Of a stretch of 64,000 bases of DNA, positions 10,701-20,902 are shown one piece after another. A program made the position numbers and the translations under genes. Every line of letters begins with the position of its first letter. Position 1 is the first letter of the stretch. The stretch comes from Candidatus Poribacteria bacterium (GTDB lineage: Bacteria > Poribacteria > WGA-4E > PCPOR2b). The notes below the pieces were generated by a model. That model saw only the letters and a program-made list of their open reading frames with translations. It was not told the origin of the DNA and did not search any database. The stretch is taken from positions 2,720,001-2,784,000 of the forward strand of contig OZ242351.1 in NCBI GenBank assembly GCA_965208675.1, in the 5' to 3' direction.

Positions 10701-11678
10701 ATGAAAATCCTTGTTGTTGTTTTGATTTTACTATTGGTTATGAGTTGCAGCGATTCTGAACCGCCGACACGGGTGATTGAACCGCCCGAACCCGCGGAGC
10801 CCGAAATGGTGGAATCTGAACGCGTGCCGCCGGAACGCGCACAGTATGAAATCCCGGAAGGTATTCCACAAGGGTTAGCCGAACATTTCATTGATTTACA
10901 AGAACACATGACGGAATTTGAATGGCATTTGTTCCTCGGCGAAATGAAAAAGACGTGTGACGGGCGGACTCCGCGCTCATATTTTCAAGCATATTTGAAA
11001 GATGATTTATCCGAAAATGCACTTAATGTTATTAGGCGATTAGATAAAGACGGCAAACTTCTGCCAAGCGAACTAAATACCAAACGGGGTCGAATTCGCG
11101 CAGCGGGTTTAGTAATGCCTGAGGTGCGGACGGTAGAGTTTGTCCTAACAAGAAGGTATGAAATTAAAGTTGTCTATCTAAAGCATGACTATACAATATT
11201 TATAGACTTGTTTGGCACGGTTGACAAATCGGGTGTGGGGGCGGGCAGATCTGGATCGTGGTATAGTGCGGCAAATGAGTTTAACGCTCTCGATGAGGAT
11301 GGAGTTCATCGCACAAGTGAACTTTTAAGTGAGGCTTGGGAAGACCAATGGTTCGAAGAGTACATTCCCCGATGGCTAGCAGGCGAGTTTGCTGATGTGG
11401 AACCACCAGAAAGGGAACGTGTACGGGGTATCGCCATTCCTACGGACGCTGAATTGGAACGAGTACGAGAGTTTTTTGAAAACAAGTTTATGCCGCCCGA
11501 TATTCCTAAAGATTTGGACTTATTGGTCATCTATTGGGATCAGGCAGGCAATCTAATAAGCCCAAAAGACGCGGCTGAATTGATTGTTGATTACGATGAT
11601 GCACCTCAAGCGACGGATGAACAGCTCGAAGCGTATAATCATATTCATAGTCCTGATGCTTATGATTGTGTTGAGTAA
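10701..11678 (+). CDS. Hypothetical lipoprotein
   Basis: SD GAGGAGG; lipobox VMSC; Pro/Glu-rich linker. Confidence 0.8.
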   Translation: MKILVVVLILLLVMSCSDSEPPTRVIEPPEPAEPEMVESERVPPERAQYEIPEGIPQGLAEHFIDLQEHMTEFEWHLFLGEMKKTCDGRTPRSYFQAYLKDDLSENALNVIRRLDKDGKLLPSELNTKRGRIRAAGLVMPEVRTVEFVLTRRYEIKVVYLKHDYTIFIDLFGTVDKSGVGAGRSGSWYSAANEFNALDEDGVHRTSELLSEAWEDQWFEEYIPRWLAGEFADVEPPERERVRGIAIPTDAELERVREFFENKFMPPDIPKDLDLLVIYWDQAGNLISPKDAAELIVDYDDAPQATDEQLEAYNHIHSPDAYDCVE

Positions 11679-11994
11679 CATTCAAGGCGCCGGGCAGGTC
11701 GACAAAAACCCTTAGACGGTGAATTTACACTGAACGTATCGTCCGCCTTTCGGCGGCATTGGACCTTCTCTAGCTCCCCCCTTGTAAAGCTCACTATTAT
11801 CCACAAGTCCGCAAAGCCGGATTGTGTACAGGTTTTCTCCCCTCATTGTTGACGTAACCATGCTGTGAAGCCCCTGTGGGAAGGGCTTCCTAGCCCTGAT
11901 TATCGGGACAGGGATGTCCCTCCCACAGTTTACACCATACCGAAATGAACAATCGTTCTTGGCCCCAACATAGACGGTGTCTACCTCCAGAGAA

Positions 11995-12027
11995 TTGTGG
12001 GTAATAGTAAGCCTTGTCAAGGGGGAG
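11995..12027. repeat. Direct repeat of the udg 3' end region (partner 14304-14335)
   Basis: TTGTGGGTAATAGTAAGC…AAGGGGGAG in both copies. Confidence 0.75.
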
Positions 12028-12246
12028 CACTACTTTGCCCTTGTGGGTTGGGTTGAACCAGCGGAGAAATGCAAATGATAACCTCCCCTAGCCCCTCCTT
12101 AGTAAGGAGGGGAATAAAGATTGTATTAGCCGCTATCGTATCGCTTATACGGTCAGTTGTAAGTTGGGTTTAACAAAAGAGTAGCGAGGACTATCGCCCT
12201 CACTAATCGTTCGCTTGATCCCAACCTACAAGAAATTAGGGGTTTC

Positions 12247-14076
12247 TTAAGGGTCGGTATTGAAACTCTTCCCTGAAAAGTTGCCGTGTGAATCGATAAC
12301 TTGAAGCCGCACCTCGCCGCTCTTGTTCAGCGTTGATTTGGGGATTGCAAATTCTACGGTGCAATTCGTACCATTCAAGGATTGGCAAGCTATTAAACCA
12401 CCTGCATCGTCAATTTCCGGTGTAAGCAGTTGCGCTTGATGGAGCCCGTCCGGATCGTGAACGTCAAACCGGAGTCGAATCGCATCGGGAGGAACTTCAA
12501 AGGACGGACGCATCTCAAATGTTGCGGGCAGGTTGAAAAACGGACGCCTTGTGTTGAAATACCGGTGCGCATCCAACCATTCAGCAGCGCAACTAGAGGT
12601 CGACATCGGATCGCCGCTGTACAATACAATCCACGGCTTCAAATCGTTGCGGAAATCGTGTTGCAATCCAAAGGCGTGGCCAAGCTCATGTACCACTACA
12701 TCATGGTCAAAACAGTCGCCGGAGGCCGGAACAATCACAGTCCCGCCAAAAGCCCCATCGGGCCCGCCACGGCCGCATACTTTACTGCCACTGCCGCCAA
12801 TCCTTTGGCTGCCGATATCTATCGCCGCAACGTAGATATTTATCGAGCGGTCAAAGTGCTCGTCTACTTCGTCCAAGACTCTGTTCCAAGTATCAATATG
12901 ATAATGCCCATCATTGAACTTACCCTCCAGACGATGCACTACCGTCTTGCCGGCTTCATCGGTTTCCAACCGGAAGGTCTTATAGCCGAACCCGTAATAG
13001 TCCATCTGCCCGGCATAAGCCTTTTGGACATCCCTTATTAACTTATCAAAGTTGCCGTTTATACCGCGCTGAGGTGAGCGATCGCTGGGAAGGAAATAGA
13101 TTAGGCGAACTACATACCGCGGCCCTTGTCGCGCCAAAAGGGTTTTGATATTCCGGACGCGGACCGCGCCATCTCTCCCGCCACTGGCAAGTATTGAACC
13201 GTCGGGAGAGAAGGCTACCGCCCTAATCCAATCCGAGCCTTCAGCCAGCGTTGCAAGCTTTTCGCCGTTCTTAATGGACCAGTGGCTGACCTCCCATCCC
13301 GATGCAGCGAGCGCATCTTCATCCGGAGAAAAATCAACCGAATAGACGGCGCCATTGTTCGGAATTGTTCCGAGGCGTTCCCAGTTCGACACATCCCACA
13401 AATTGATGAGATCGTCGTTTCCGCCGCTCACCAGCGTTCGGCTATCCGGAGAAAATTTGAGAGATCCGACCGCCGCTGAATGGCCTTCTAGTTGAGCGAC
13501 AATTCGCCGCTCTTGGACATTCCAAATCCGCACGATTCCGTTATGGTCTCCAGAGGCGAGAAGTCGTCCGTCGGGGGAGAACGCTGCCGACCAAATCCAT
13601 GCGCCGTGCGGAAGGGTGGCAATCTCAGTTTGATATACGGCATCAATCAGAATTACATGCTGACCGGCGGCGGCGATTAGCTGCCCATCGGGCGCGAAGG
13701 TTACTTCAGTTACGGGAAAAGGCACTTGGAATGACACGGGTTCATGGGACGCGATCTCTTGCCAACCTGAAATTTCCCATGCCTTGACGGTGGAATCATC
13801 GCTGCCACTCACAAGGGTTTTGCCGTCCGGTGAAAATGCCACTGAATTGACCGTGCCTTCGTGGTTACCGAGAGTTTTCACGCTATTCTGCCGCAAATTC
13901 CACAGCTTAATAGTGTTATCCGCACCGGCACTGGCAATTATGGACGAATCCCGCGGGGAAAACGCTACCGAGTGGACGGTATCGCCGTGATTGAGAATCG
14001 TGGGTTCCTGCGCAAAACTGGACGGCAAAAAACAGAGGAGGGCTAACGACAGAAAAGATGCAAATGTGATTTTCAT
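12247..14076 (-). CDS. Secreted WD40 beta-propeller fused to a zinc metallopeptidase-like domain
   Basis: Signal peptide; 7 WD40 repeats; HELGHAFGLQH metzincin-type motif. Confidence 0.9.
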   Translation of the reverse strand: MKITFASFLSLALLCFLPSSFAQEPTILNHGDTVHSVAFSPRDSSIIASAGADNTIKLWNLRQNSVKTLGNHEGTVNSVAFSPDGKTLVSGSDDSTVKAWEISGWQEIASHEPVSFQVPFPVTEVTFAPDGQLIAAAGQHVILIDAVYQTEIATLPHGAWIWSAAFSPDGRLLASGDHNGIVRIWNVQERRIVAQLEGHSAAVGSLKFSPDSRTLVSGGNDDLINLWDVSNWERLGTIPNNGAVYSVDFSPDEDALAASGWEVSHWSIKNGEKLATLAEGSDWIRAVAFSPDGSILASGGRDGAVRVRNIKTLLARQGPRYVVRLIYFLPSDRSPQRGINGNFDKLIRDVQKAYAGQMDYYGFGYKTFRLETDEAGKTVVHRLEGKFNDGHYHIDTWNRVLDEVDEHFDRSINIYVAAIDIGSQRIGGSGSKVCGRGGPDGAFGGTVIVPASGDCFDHDVVVHELGHAFGLQHDFRNDLKPWIVLYSGDPMSTSSCAAEWLDAHRYFNTRRPFFNLPATFEMRPSFEVPPDAIRLRFDVHDPDGLHQAQLLTPEIDDAGGLIACQSLNGTNCTVEFAIPKSTLNKSGEVRLQVIDSHGNFSGKSFNTDP

Positions 14077-14324
14077 CGGGAAGATTCTCTTATGAAGGCT
14101 TTGCCTAAAGCGGGTGTAGGTTTAGATTGAGCTGGCGGTTTCGGAGAAGACTATCGCAGTCGCTGTTCGCTCCTTTGATCCCTCGTTATTCACTCGGTTG
14201 ATCCCTCCTTGCCAAGGAGGGGAATGAAGATTGGATGGACCGAAATCGGAACGGTATGTATCTGCGGTTATCCCGAGTGTCTACTCCGCACGACTTTTAA
14301 CACTTGTGGGTAATAGTAAGCTTA

Positions 14325-15023
14325 CTAAGGGGGAGAATCTTTCAGCGCACCGTCCTTTTTGAGTTCGGCGATTACCATCTTCATGTCGTCCCAAACATCT
14401 CGTTTGGCGTTCGGGTTTCGGAGGAGGAATGCGGGGTGGTAGGTCGGCATGACTTTTACGCCGCGGTAATCGTGAAATTTCCCTTTCAGTGATGAAATTT
14501 TTTGATCGGTACGGAGTAGGGTCTGTGCGGCAAAGCTGCCAAGCGCACAGATAACTTTGGGTTGGATGAGTTCAATCTGTTTCAGGAGAAACGGTTCGCA
14601 GGTTTCGACCTCAACGGGTTTTGGGTTCCGATTTCCGGGCGGACGGCATTTGATGACGTTCGCAATGTAGACCTGCTCGCGCGCATATCCCACGGCTTCA
14701 ATAATCTTGGTCAAGAGTTGTCCGGCTCGACCGACAAAGGGTTCGCCCTGCCGGTCTTCATCGGCGCCGGGGGCTTCGCCGACAAACATGAGTTCGGCGT
14801 TTTCATCTCCTGTCCCAAAAACGACAGTGTTACGGTTTTGATGCAATTCGCAGCGCGTGCAGTCCGCCGCTTCCTCACGCAGCCGTTTCAGGTCAAAATC
14901 GCCGGTCTGTTTTTTGGGTTCATGGTGCTCCGTAAAGCCGAGCTGCATCTGTTCTTCCACGTACTCCCTCACGGTTGCAACGATATCCAGATATTCTTGA
15001 ACAATTTCTCTTGAATCTGACAT
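14325..15023 (-). CDS. udg: Family 4 uracil-DNA glycosylase
   Basis: CTRCELH Fe-S cysteines, [16 protein letters not shown] motif. Confidence 0.95.
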   Translation of the reverse strand: MSDSREIVQEYLDIVATVREYVEEQMQLGFTEHHEPKKQTGDFDLKRLREEAADCTRCELHQNRNTVVFGTGDENAELMFVGEAPGADEDRQGEPFVGRAGQLLTKIIEAVGYAREQVYIANVIKCRPPGNRNPKPVEVETCEPFLLKQIELIQPKVICALGSFAAQTLLRTDQKISSLKGKFHDYRGVKVMPTYHPAFLLRNPNAKRDVWDDMKMVIAELKKDGALKDSPP

Positions 15024-15141
15024 TTTGGATAGTGAATAGGGTCGGGTTAAAAATTCGTGCTAATTTGCTTAGAAGAAACCGAGTTTTGGGGAAAAAACTC
15101 GGTTTCAAGTCTTGGGGCAAAACTCGGTTATGCCATATGCT

Positions 15142-16215
15142 TCAACCCATTTGCAAACGCCGTTTGAGCTCCTGGATCCGAACAACCGGAGTTGGGTCTT
15201 GGGCGTACGAGACGGCAAGATATAAGCTGGTCCAGTCGCCTACCGCGATTAGCGAAAGGAGGCGCGCCAACAGCGATTCGCCTTGCGAATGGACCTGCGC
15301 GATACCCGCGGTGTGCCTTTCAATAAGTTCGGCGGTGATTTCCATTCGCCGCTGCGTACGGTTGTGCGCGGCATCGTCACGCAGCATCACGACAAAGCAG
15401 CATCGCGTTAAATCGGATGGAAACTTCCAACCTTCGATTTCATTGTGGTTCATCTCAGGCAGAAGGTTGTGATACGCCAGCGATTTTGCGTTCTCATTAA
15501 TCTGCGCTGTCCATCGGATTGCAACGGCGCCGAGTGATTGCGGCGCATAAATGATTGGCAGTTTCCCGCACATCTGGCGGGCAAGCTGTTTTGGGCGGTT
15601 GTCTTCGACATCAGGATGAAAGCCGTTTACCAACCGCGACAGCAGATGGATTGCCTCTTGTGTATCGCCCCGGAAATCGAATCCCTGCGCAAATCCAAGT
15701 CGGTCAAGGATCGCTAGAACGGGTAAATAGAGATATCCGAGCGCGGATCTGGGTTGGCCGCGGGCAGGAATAGTGAGGCAGGGAATGCCGCGCTGTACGG
15801 CAAATTCCGCGAGTTTGCCGCCGCCAGTGATGGCAATTAACTCCGCTCCACGCTCATACGCCGTTTCCACGGACATCAGCGTTTCTTCGGTGTTACCGGA
15901 GAAGCTGACGGCGATAAAAAGTGTCCCCTGCCCAACGAACGCGGGCAGCGAATAGTCGCGATGGACAGCAACAGGAATTGGGCAGTTATCGGCAACCACC
16001 GCTTTCACCAAATCGCCCCCGATACCGGACCCGCCCATTCCGGCGATGACAATGTTACGAATCTCAAGTTCAGTATACCCGTCGAGTTGGAAACCCTCGA
16101 CAAGTTTTACCGCACCCGCGCACTGATCGGGAAAGCCTATCAGTTGGTCAAGCATGTTTTCTGGATCGTGGCGCCGAACCCGTATTGAATCGAGCATGGT
16201 AGGTAGTGTTGCCAA
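15142..16215 (-). CDS. Bifunctional phosphoglucose/phosphomannose isomerase
   Basis: GMGGSG, SFSGNTEET, INENAK, PEMNHNE motifs. Confidence 0.93.
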   Translation of the reverse strand: MATLPTMLDSIRVRRHDPENMLDQLIGFPDQCAGAVKLVEGFQLDGYTELEIRNIVIAGMGGSGIGGDLVKAVVADNCPIPVAVHRDYSLPAFVGQGTLFIAVSFSGNTEETLMSVETAYERGAELIAITGGGKLAEFAVQRGIPCLTIPARGQPRSALGYLYLPVLAILDRLGFAQGFDFRGDTQEAIHLLSRLVNGFHPDVEDNRPKQLARQMCGKLPIIYAPQSLGAVAIRWTAQINENAKSLAYHNLLPEMNHNEIEGWKFPSDLTRCCFVVMLRDDAAHNRTQRRMEITAELIERHTAGIAQVHSQGESLLARLLSLIAVGDWTSLYLAVSYAQDPTPVVRIQELKRRLQMG

Positions 16216-16403
16216 TGCAAATTAAATATTACACAAATCGATCCATTCAAATTGGAGTGCGAGTGCCCAAATCAAGTGAAAACCTGAAATCTATAGTCTT
16301 AGGTATTCTTTCGCTTAATCCTTTGTCAGAGCAGTATAAGTAGGTCAGTCCAGATTACCCGGTCAATCGCTAAAGAACGCCGTAACTATGATAGAACCAA
16401 AAT

Positions 16404-18215
16404 TTATCCGCCGAGAAACTTGAGGAAGCGGTCAACGGGCTCAAGGCCCAGAATGTCATACCATGAGATATATAAGAACAGCCCAATGATAAAGACGACG
16501 CTAATTTTCAGCACAAGCATCTGCTTATGAACGCTCAACGGTTTACCACGAATTTTTTCAAGCGCAAAGAATAGGATTTGACCGCCGTCCGCGATTGGAA
16601 TCGGCAGCAGATTCACAATGCCCAAGTTGATGCTTATGAAGGCGACAATGTAAAGGAGGCCGCGCAGACCTGCACGCGCAGTTTCAGCAGTTGCCGTCAC
16701 AATACCGATCGGCCCTGCGAGCAGCTTTGGAGAGACATCGAAGCTAAGGAGGCCGCCCAAGAGTGAAAACACGTTTGAAACAATAGTCCAGCTCTCTCCG
16801 AACCCGCGGCCCCAGGCGGTAATGATGTTATATTTTTCAACGCGGCCCGGTTCGGCGAGTTGAAGGCCGCTGACCGACTCGCCGAACGTTAACCCCCAAC
16901 CCTCAAATAGATTGCTAGCGTAGTCCGGCGGGACTGCCACACCAAGCGCTACATCGCCGCGGCGAAATGCAAGCTGAATGGGCTGATTGGGATTTGCGCC
17001 GGCTAGTAGTTCTTGCAACTCCTCGCGGGAATTAATCGTGTACGCGGATTCACCGTTCACCGAAACAAATTCATCTCCGGGCTGCACACCCGACTTTTCG
17101 GCTTCGCTCCCCTCCTGAACGCCGGCAACAATAAACTGCCGGTAGATGCGCAAACTCATCTCTAGCGGCGCGCCGTCATGTTCGTAGATGTTTAACTTTT
17201 GCGCGTCCGCTCTAAGTACATATGTTATATCGCTATCAGAGAGCAGCCAACTCTCACCCGCCGATATTGTCGAGACTACCGGCGCATGAGACAGTCGGAC
17301 ACCGTTATCGCGAAGTGCACGTTTCAAAGCAGCCGGAATTTCGCCACTGTCCAGTTCGATTTGGGATTGAAGGTCGACCGCAAAAATAAATCCTCGTTTA
17401 ATACTGAGGGCGACTTCCTCACCATGGTGTTGTGTGGCAGCGGCATAAAAGTCAAGATGTGAATAGACAGGTTCTCCATTGATTGCACCGATTTGGTCGC
17501 CAACTTGGATTCCGGCGGCTGACGCCGCGCTGCCGTCCCAGACGCGATAGACCTCCGCGTCCATTTTTGGCGTAACGCCAATGCGCCCGATTTCGCGCGC
17601 CCGAATTTTCTCGGTTTCCGGCACAACGGTTAGCGTCTGTTTTTGACCATCGCGAATTATTTCAATTTCGAGTTCTTTGCCGGGTTTTGTGAGGATTTTT
17701 GTGTTCAAATCTTGCCACCCCTGCAATCGGTTTCCGCTGATAGAAACAATTCGGTCACCCGGACGGATTCCGGCAACCTCTGCGGGGCTGTCTTTGACAA
17801 CGTACCCAATCTGGGTAGTTTCGGTTGAACTCCGTACATAATTACCTGCGACCAGATATATCAGCGAAAAGACAATTATCCCGAACGCAAAGTTCATCGC
17901 AGGACCGGCAATGGCAACGAATATACGGTGTTCCACGGGGGCAGAGGAAAATTCGCCCGGCGCACCGGTACGTTCTTCAGGGTTCTCCCCCGGCATCTTC
18001 ACGAATCCGCCAAACGGCAACACTGAGATGCAGTATTCGGTTTCTCCTTTCGTGAAGCCGACGAGTTTGGGTCCAAATCCGATAGAGAACTTCTCAACTC
18101 GAATGCCGCATCGCTTTGCAGCGAGGAAATGCCCAAGTTCATGAATAAAGATAAGGAAGCCGAGCGCAAGCACGGCAATAATGAATTCGTCGATTGACTG
18201 AAACATAAATTTCAC
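16404..18215 (-). CDS. rseP: Site-2 intramembrane metalloprotease RseP with three PDZ domains and an extra insert
   Basis: HELGH, FSIGFG, AGPAMN, NLLPIPIADGG; three PDZ-like 'S.A..AG..PGD' units. Confidence 0.95.
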   Translation of the reverse strand: MKFMFQSIDEFIIAVLALGFLIFIHELGHFLAAKRCGIRVEKFSIGFGPKLVGFTKGETEYCISVLPFGGFVKMPGENPEERTGAPGEFSSAPVEHRIFVAIAGPAMNFAFGIIVFSLIYLVAGNYVRSSTETTQIGYVVKDSPAEVAGIRPGDRIVSISGNRLQGWQDLNTKILTKPGKELEIEIIRDGQKQTLTVVPETEKIRAREIGRIGVTPKMDAEVYRVWDGSAASAAGIQVGDQIGAINGEPVYSHLDFYAAATQHHGEEVALSIKRGFIFAVDLQSQIELDSGEIPAALKRALRDNGVRLSHAPVVSTISAGESWLLSDSDITYVLRADAQKLNIYEHDGAPLEMSLRIYRQFIVAGVQEGSEAEKSGVQPGDEFVSVNGESAYTINSREELQELLAGANPNQPIQLAFRRGDVALGVAVPPDYASNLFEGWGLTFGESVSGLQLAEPGRVEKYNIITAWGRGFGESWTIVSNVFSLLGGLLSFDVSPKLLAGPIGIVTATAETARAGLRGLLYIVAFISINLGIVNLLPIPIADGGQILFFALEKIRGKPLSVHKQMLVLKISVVFIIGLFLYISWYDILGLEPVDRFLKFLGG

Positions 18216-18249
18216 CTTTTATTGAGTAATAAATTGTAAACGGAAGCGA

Positions 18250-19605
18250 CTACGTGTACCGCGCATTACGATATTTAGGTTGATAAAATTCCGGAAGCAG
18301 TTGGTCGACCTGCAGTAACCCCTTTCGCGTCAGCGAAATTTCATTGCTAGAATAGGTCAGCATACCCTCATCTCTCAGTTTTTTGTAAGTTGAACCAAAC
18401 AGTTCCGAAATGTCCGCCCCGAATTTTTCTCGAAAATAGCCGGTTTCGATTTTCCCTAATTTTAGCTGAAGTATCATTTCTCTTATCAACTGTTCTCTTG
18501 AGGTCGTGGGAAATGCGCGGTCGTGCGGCAACTTATTCTGGTTAAGCAACCGGATATAATCGTCCCACACGGACGCGTTTTGGAAATGCACACCGCCGAC
18601 GTGGGAAAACGACGCCACGCCGGCGCCAATCATGTCACAGCCGTGCCAAACCGCGTCCCGGTAGACGAAATTTATTGGGCTGCCTTTTTTTACCATGGTG
18701 TAAGCGCTGGAGGCCTCATACCCAGCAGCGGCGAACTGTTCAAACGCATGTTGATGCCATTCGCGCTTCGTCTTCCAATTCGCCACAGATAAGCCCGTCC
18801 CGCCGCCGAGAATGTCGTTTGAGTAAACGGTGTTAAACGGGAGTTCCATCTGATAAACGGTGATGCTGTCCAAATCCAAGTCGATGGTTTTCTTTACGGT
18901 ATCACGCCAACTCGCCCACGTTTCGCCGACCATGCCCGCAATGAGATCTACGTTGACTTGCTCGAATTCGAGGTCTTTTATCCACGGCACAACTGCATAG
19001 ACCTCTTTGGACAGATGGGCTCTACCGTTTTCGTTTAGAATAGCATCGTTTAAATTTTCAACTCCGAGGCTCAAGCGCGTGACACCGATCTCTTTGATGG
19101 CGGTTAGTTTCGACTGCGTCAAAGTGCCGGGTTCACACTCGAAAGCGATTTCTTCGGCGTCATCCCAAGGCATCGACGCTTTGAGGCGGTTGACAAGCGT
19201 CTTCAGATGCTTAACGCTGATGTAAGAAGGGGTGCCGCCGCCAAAATAAACGAACGTCAAGGGACGTCCAAGAATTCTTGGCAGTTTGCTGTAAAGCGAA
19301 ACCTCTCTTGTCAACGCTTCAAGATAGGTTTGAATCTCCGAGCTATTTTTGTCGGTGTAAACGCGGAAATAACAGAATTTACAGCGTTTGCGGCAGAACG
19401 GAATATGGAGGTAGAGTCCTAACGGCGTTTCAATCGGAGAATTTGTCGAGGAATTCAGGACATCCATTAACACCGGCATGTTGTCTTTGCGCCAAAATGA
19501 ATACGGCGGATAATTTGAAACGAAGACACTTCCGACTTGTGTTTCTTTTGAATCTTTCCGCGCTGTCGCCGGTTCGGGTTTTATCGTTTCCGTTTGTTTA
19601 CTCAT
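18250..19605 (-). CDS. HemN-like radical SAM protein (coproporphyrinogen III oxidase family)
   Basis: YLHIPFCRKRCKFCYF, YFGGGTPS; likely start MSKQ at 19605 overlapping the upstream stop. Confidence 0.9.
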   Translation of the reverse strand: MSKQTETIKPEPATARKDSKETQVGSVFVSNYPPYSFWRKDNMPVLMDVLNSSTNSPIETPLGLYLHIPFCRKRCKFCYFRVYTDKNSSEIQTYLEALTREVSLYSKLPRILGRPLTFVYFGGGTPSYISVKHLKTLVNRLKASMPWDDAEEIAFECEPGTLTQSKLTAIKEIGVTRLSLGVENLNDAILNENGRAHLSKEVYAVVPWIKDLEFEQVNVDLIAGMVGETWASWRDTVKKTIDLDLDSITVYQMELPFNTVYSNDILGGGTGLSVANWKTKREWHQHAFEQFAAAGYEASSAYTMVKKGSPINFVYRDAVWHGCDMIGAGVASFSHVGGVHFQNASVWDDYIRLLNQNKLPHDRAFPTTSREQLIREMILQLKLGKIETGYFREKFGADISELFGSTYKKLRDEGMLTYSSNEISLTRKGLLQVDQLLPEFYQPKYRNARYT

Positions 19606-20884
19606 TGCTCCGTGTTCCTCCGCCAAAGCAGTACAAAACTCCATCGTCCGAGCCGATTACAAGATTCCCGCCTGCAACGCATGGAGAGGCAACAATAGAC
19701 GACCCTGTAACGAACTGCCAAACTGGTTCCCCCGTATTGATATTAAGTGCGTAAATGACACCGCCCACAGTTCCAAAGAGAACTCGGTTGCCGATGATTA
19801 CGGGCGAGGAATCGACCCGCGCTTTGGTTGGATATATCCACAGGGGTTCGCCCGTTTGCGGTTTGAGCGCATGGATTCGCTTATCCCTGCCGCCAACGAT
19901 TACCGCGTCGTTCGTCACAGCGGCTGACGCATAGAATGGAAACCCGCCCTTTGCAGGCTCGTAATTCCAGAGGATTTCGGCATGATTTAGGTCAACGCCT
20001 AACACTTGATTGCCAAATGTTCCGACAAAAGCCCGCGTCTTTAGAACAGCAGGGCTCGCCGCAACGTAATCTCCCAGCGGTATTTTGTTGTTCTCCTCGC
20101 CGTTGAGTACGTTTATGACGCGCAGATAACCGTCACAGCCCGTCGTAACCACAACATCATTCGGGTACGGCAAGCTGCCGCTGCTCCGAACGTCCACTAC
20201 CGTCGGCGTGCCGTGAACGTATCCTTCGGTCTCAAACTTCCAGATTAACGCCCCGGTCTCCGCTGAAACGCTATACAGATACTGGTCATAGGAGCCAAAC
20301 AGAACAGAATCGCCCGCAAAATTTGCGGATGAAATTATACCACCATCGGTCTGAAAAATCCATCTTTGTTGACCGGTTTCGGCATCCACGGCATGAAAAA
20401 CTCCCATCTCGTCACCAAAGTATACAGTTTTCCTAAACACGGCTGGCGACGATTTAATCTCATCGGATGCACTATATTTCCATTTCAACGAACCGCTTTC
20501 AAGGTTAATGGCGTAAAGGTTTCCATCTAATGCCCCCACATAAACCGTGCCCGCAGCAATGGCAGCCGTAGACTCGATGCCCTCGCCCGCCTCGAACGTC
20601 CAGAGCAGTTGAGGGTTATCCGGGAAATCACCCGCAGCTACCCCTGTTAGTTGAGGATTTCCGCGGAAACTTACCCAGTCTCCGGCATCGGCTCGGCTTT
20701 GTGTGTTAAGTATGAGAATCGCACTTACAATGAAAGCCGAAAACCGGTAACGTCTGTTCGTATCGGCGTTTGATATATGGGTGTCGTTCATCAATTTGCG
20801 AATTAAAGGCGGGAATTTTTGGGGTTTCACTTCCATACCGGCCGGATACAGACACCGGGTATACAAGAATAAACGCCGTTTCAA
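19598..20884 (-). CDS. PQQ-like/BamB-like beta-propeller protein, secreted
   Basis: 'W.SFRGN' start and repeated 'SSP.V….VY.G..DG.LYA….G…W' blades; true start probably about 20791. Confidence 0.88.
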   Translation of the reverse strand: MKRRLFLYTRCLYPAGMEVKPQKFPPLIRKLMNDTHISNADTNRRYRFSAFIVSAILILNTQSRADAGDWVSFRGNPQLTGVAAGDFPDNPQLLWTFEAGEGIESTAAIAAGTVYVGALDGNLYAINLESGSLKWKYSASDEIKSSPAVFRKTVYFGDEMGVFHAVDAETGQQRWIFQTDGGIISSANFAGDSVLFGSYDQYLYSVSAETGALIWKFETEGYVHGTPTVVDVRSSGSLPYPNDVVVTTGCDGYLRVINVLNGEENNKIPLGDYVAASPAVLKTRAFVGTFGNQVLGVDLNHAEILWNYEPAKGGFPFYASAAVTNDAVIVGGRDKRIHALKPQTGEPLWIYPTKARVDSSPVIIGNRVLFGTVGGVIYALNINTGEPVWQFVTGSSIVASPCVAGGNLVIGSDDGVLYCFGGGTRSNE

Positions 20885-20902
20885 GTCTCATAGTGCTCTG
20901 AA

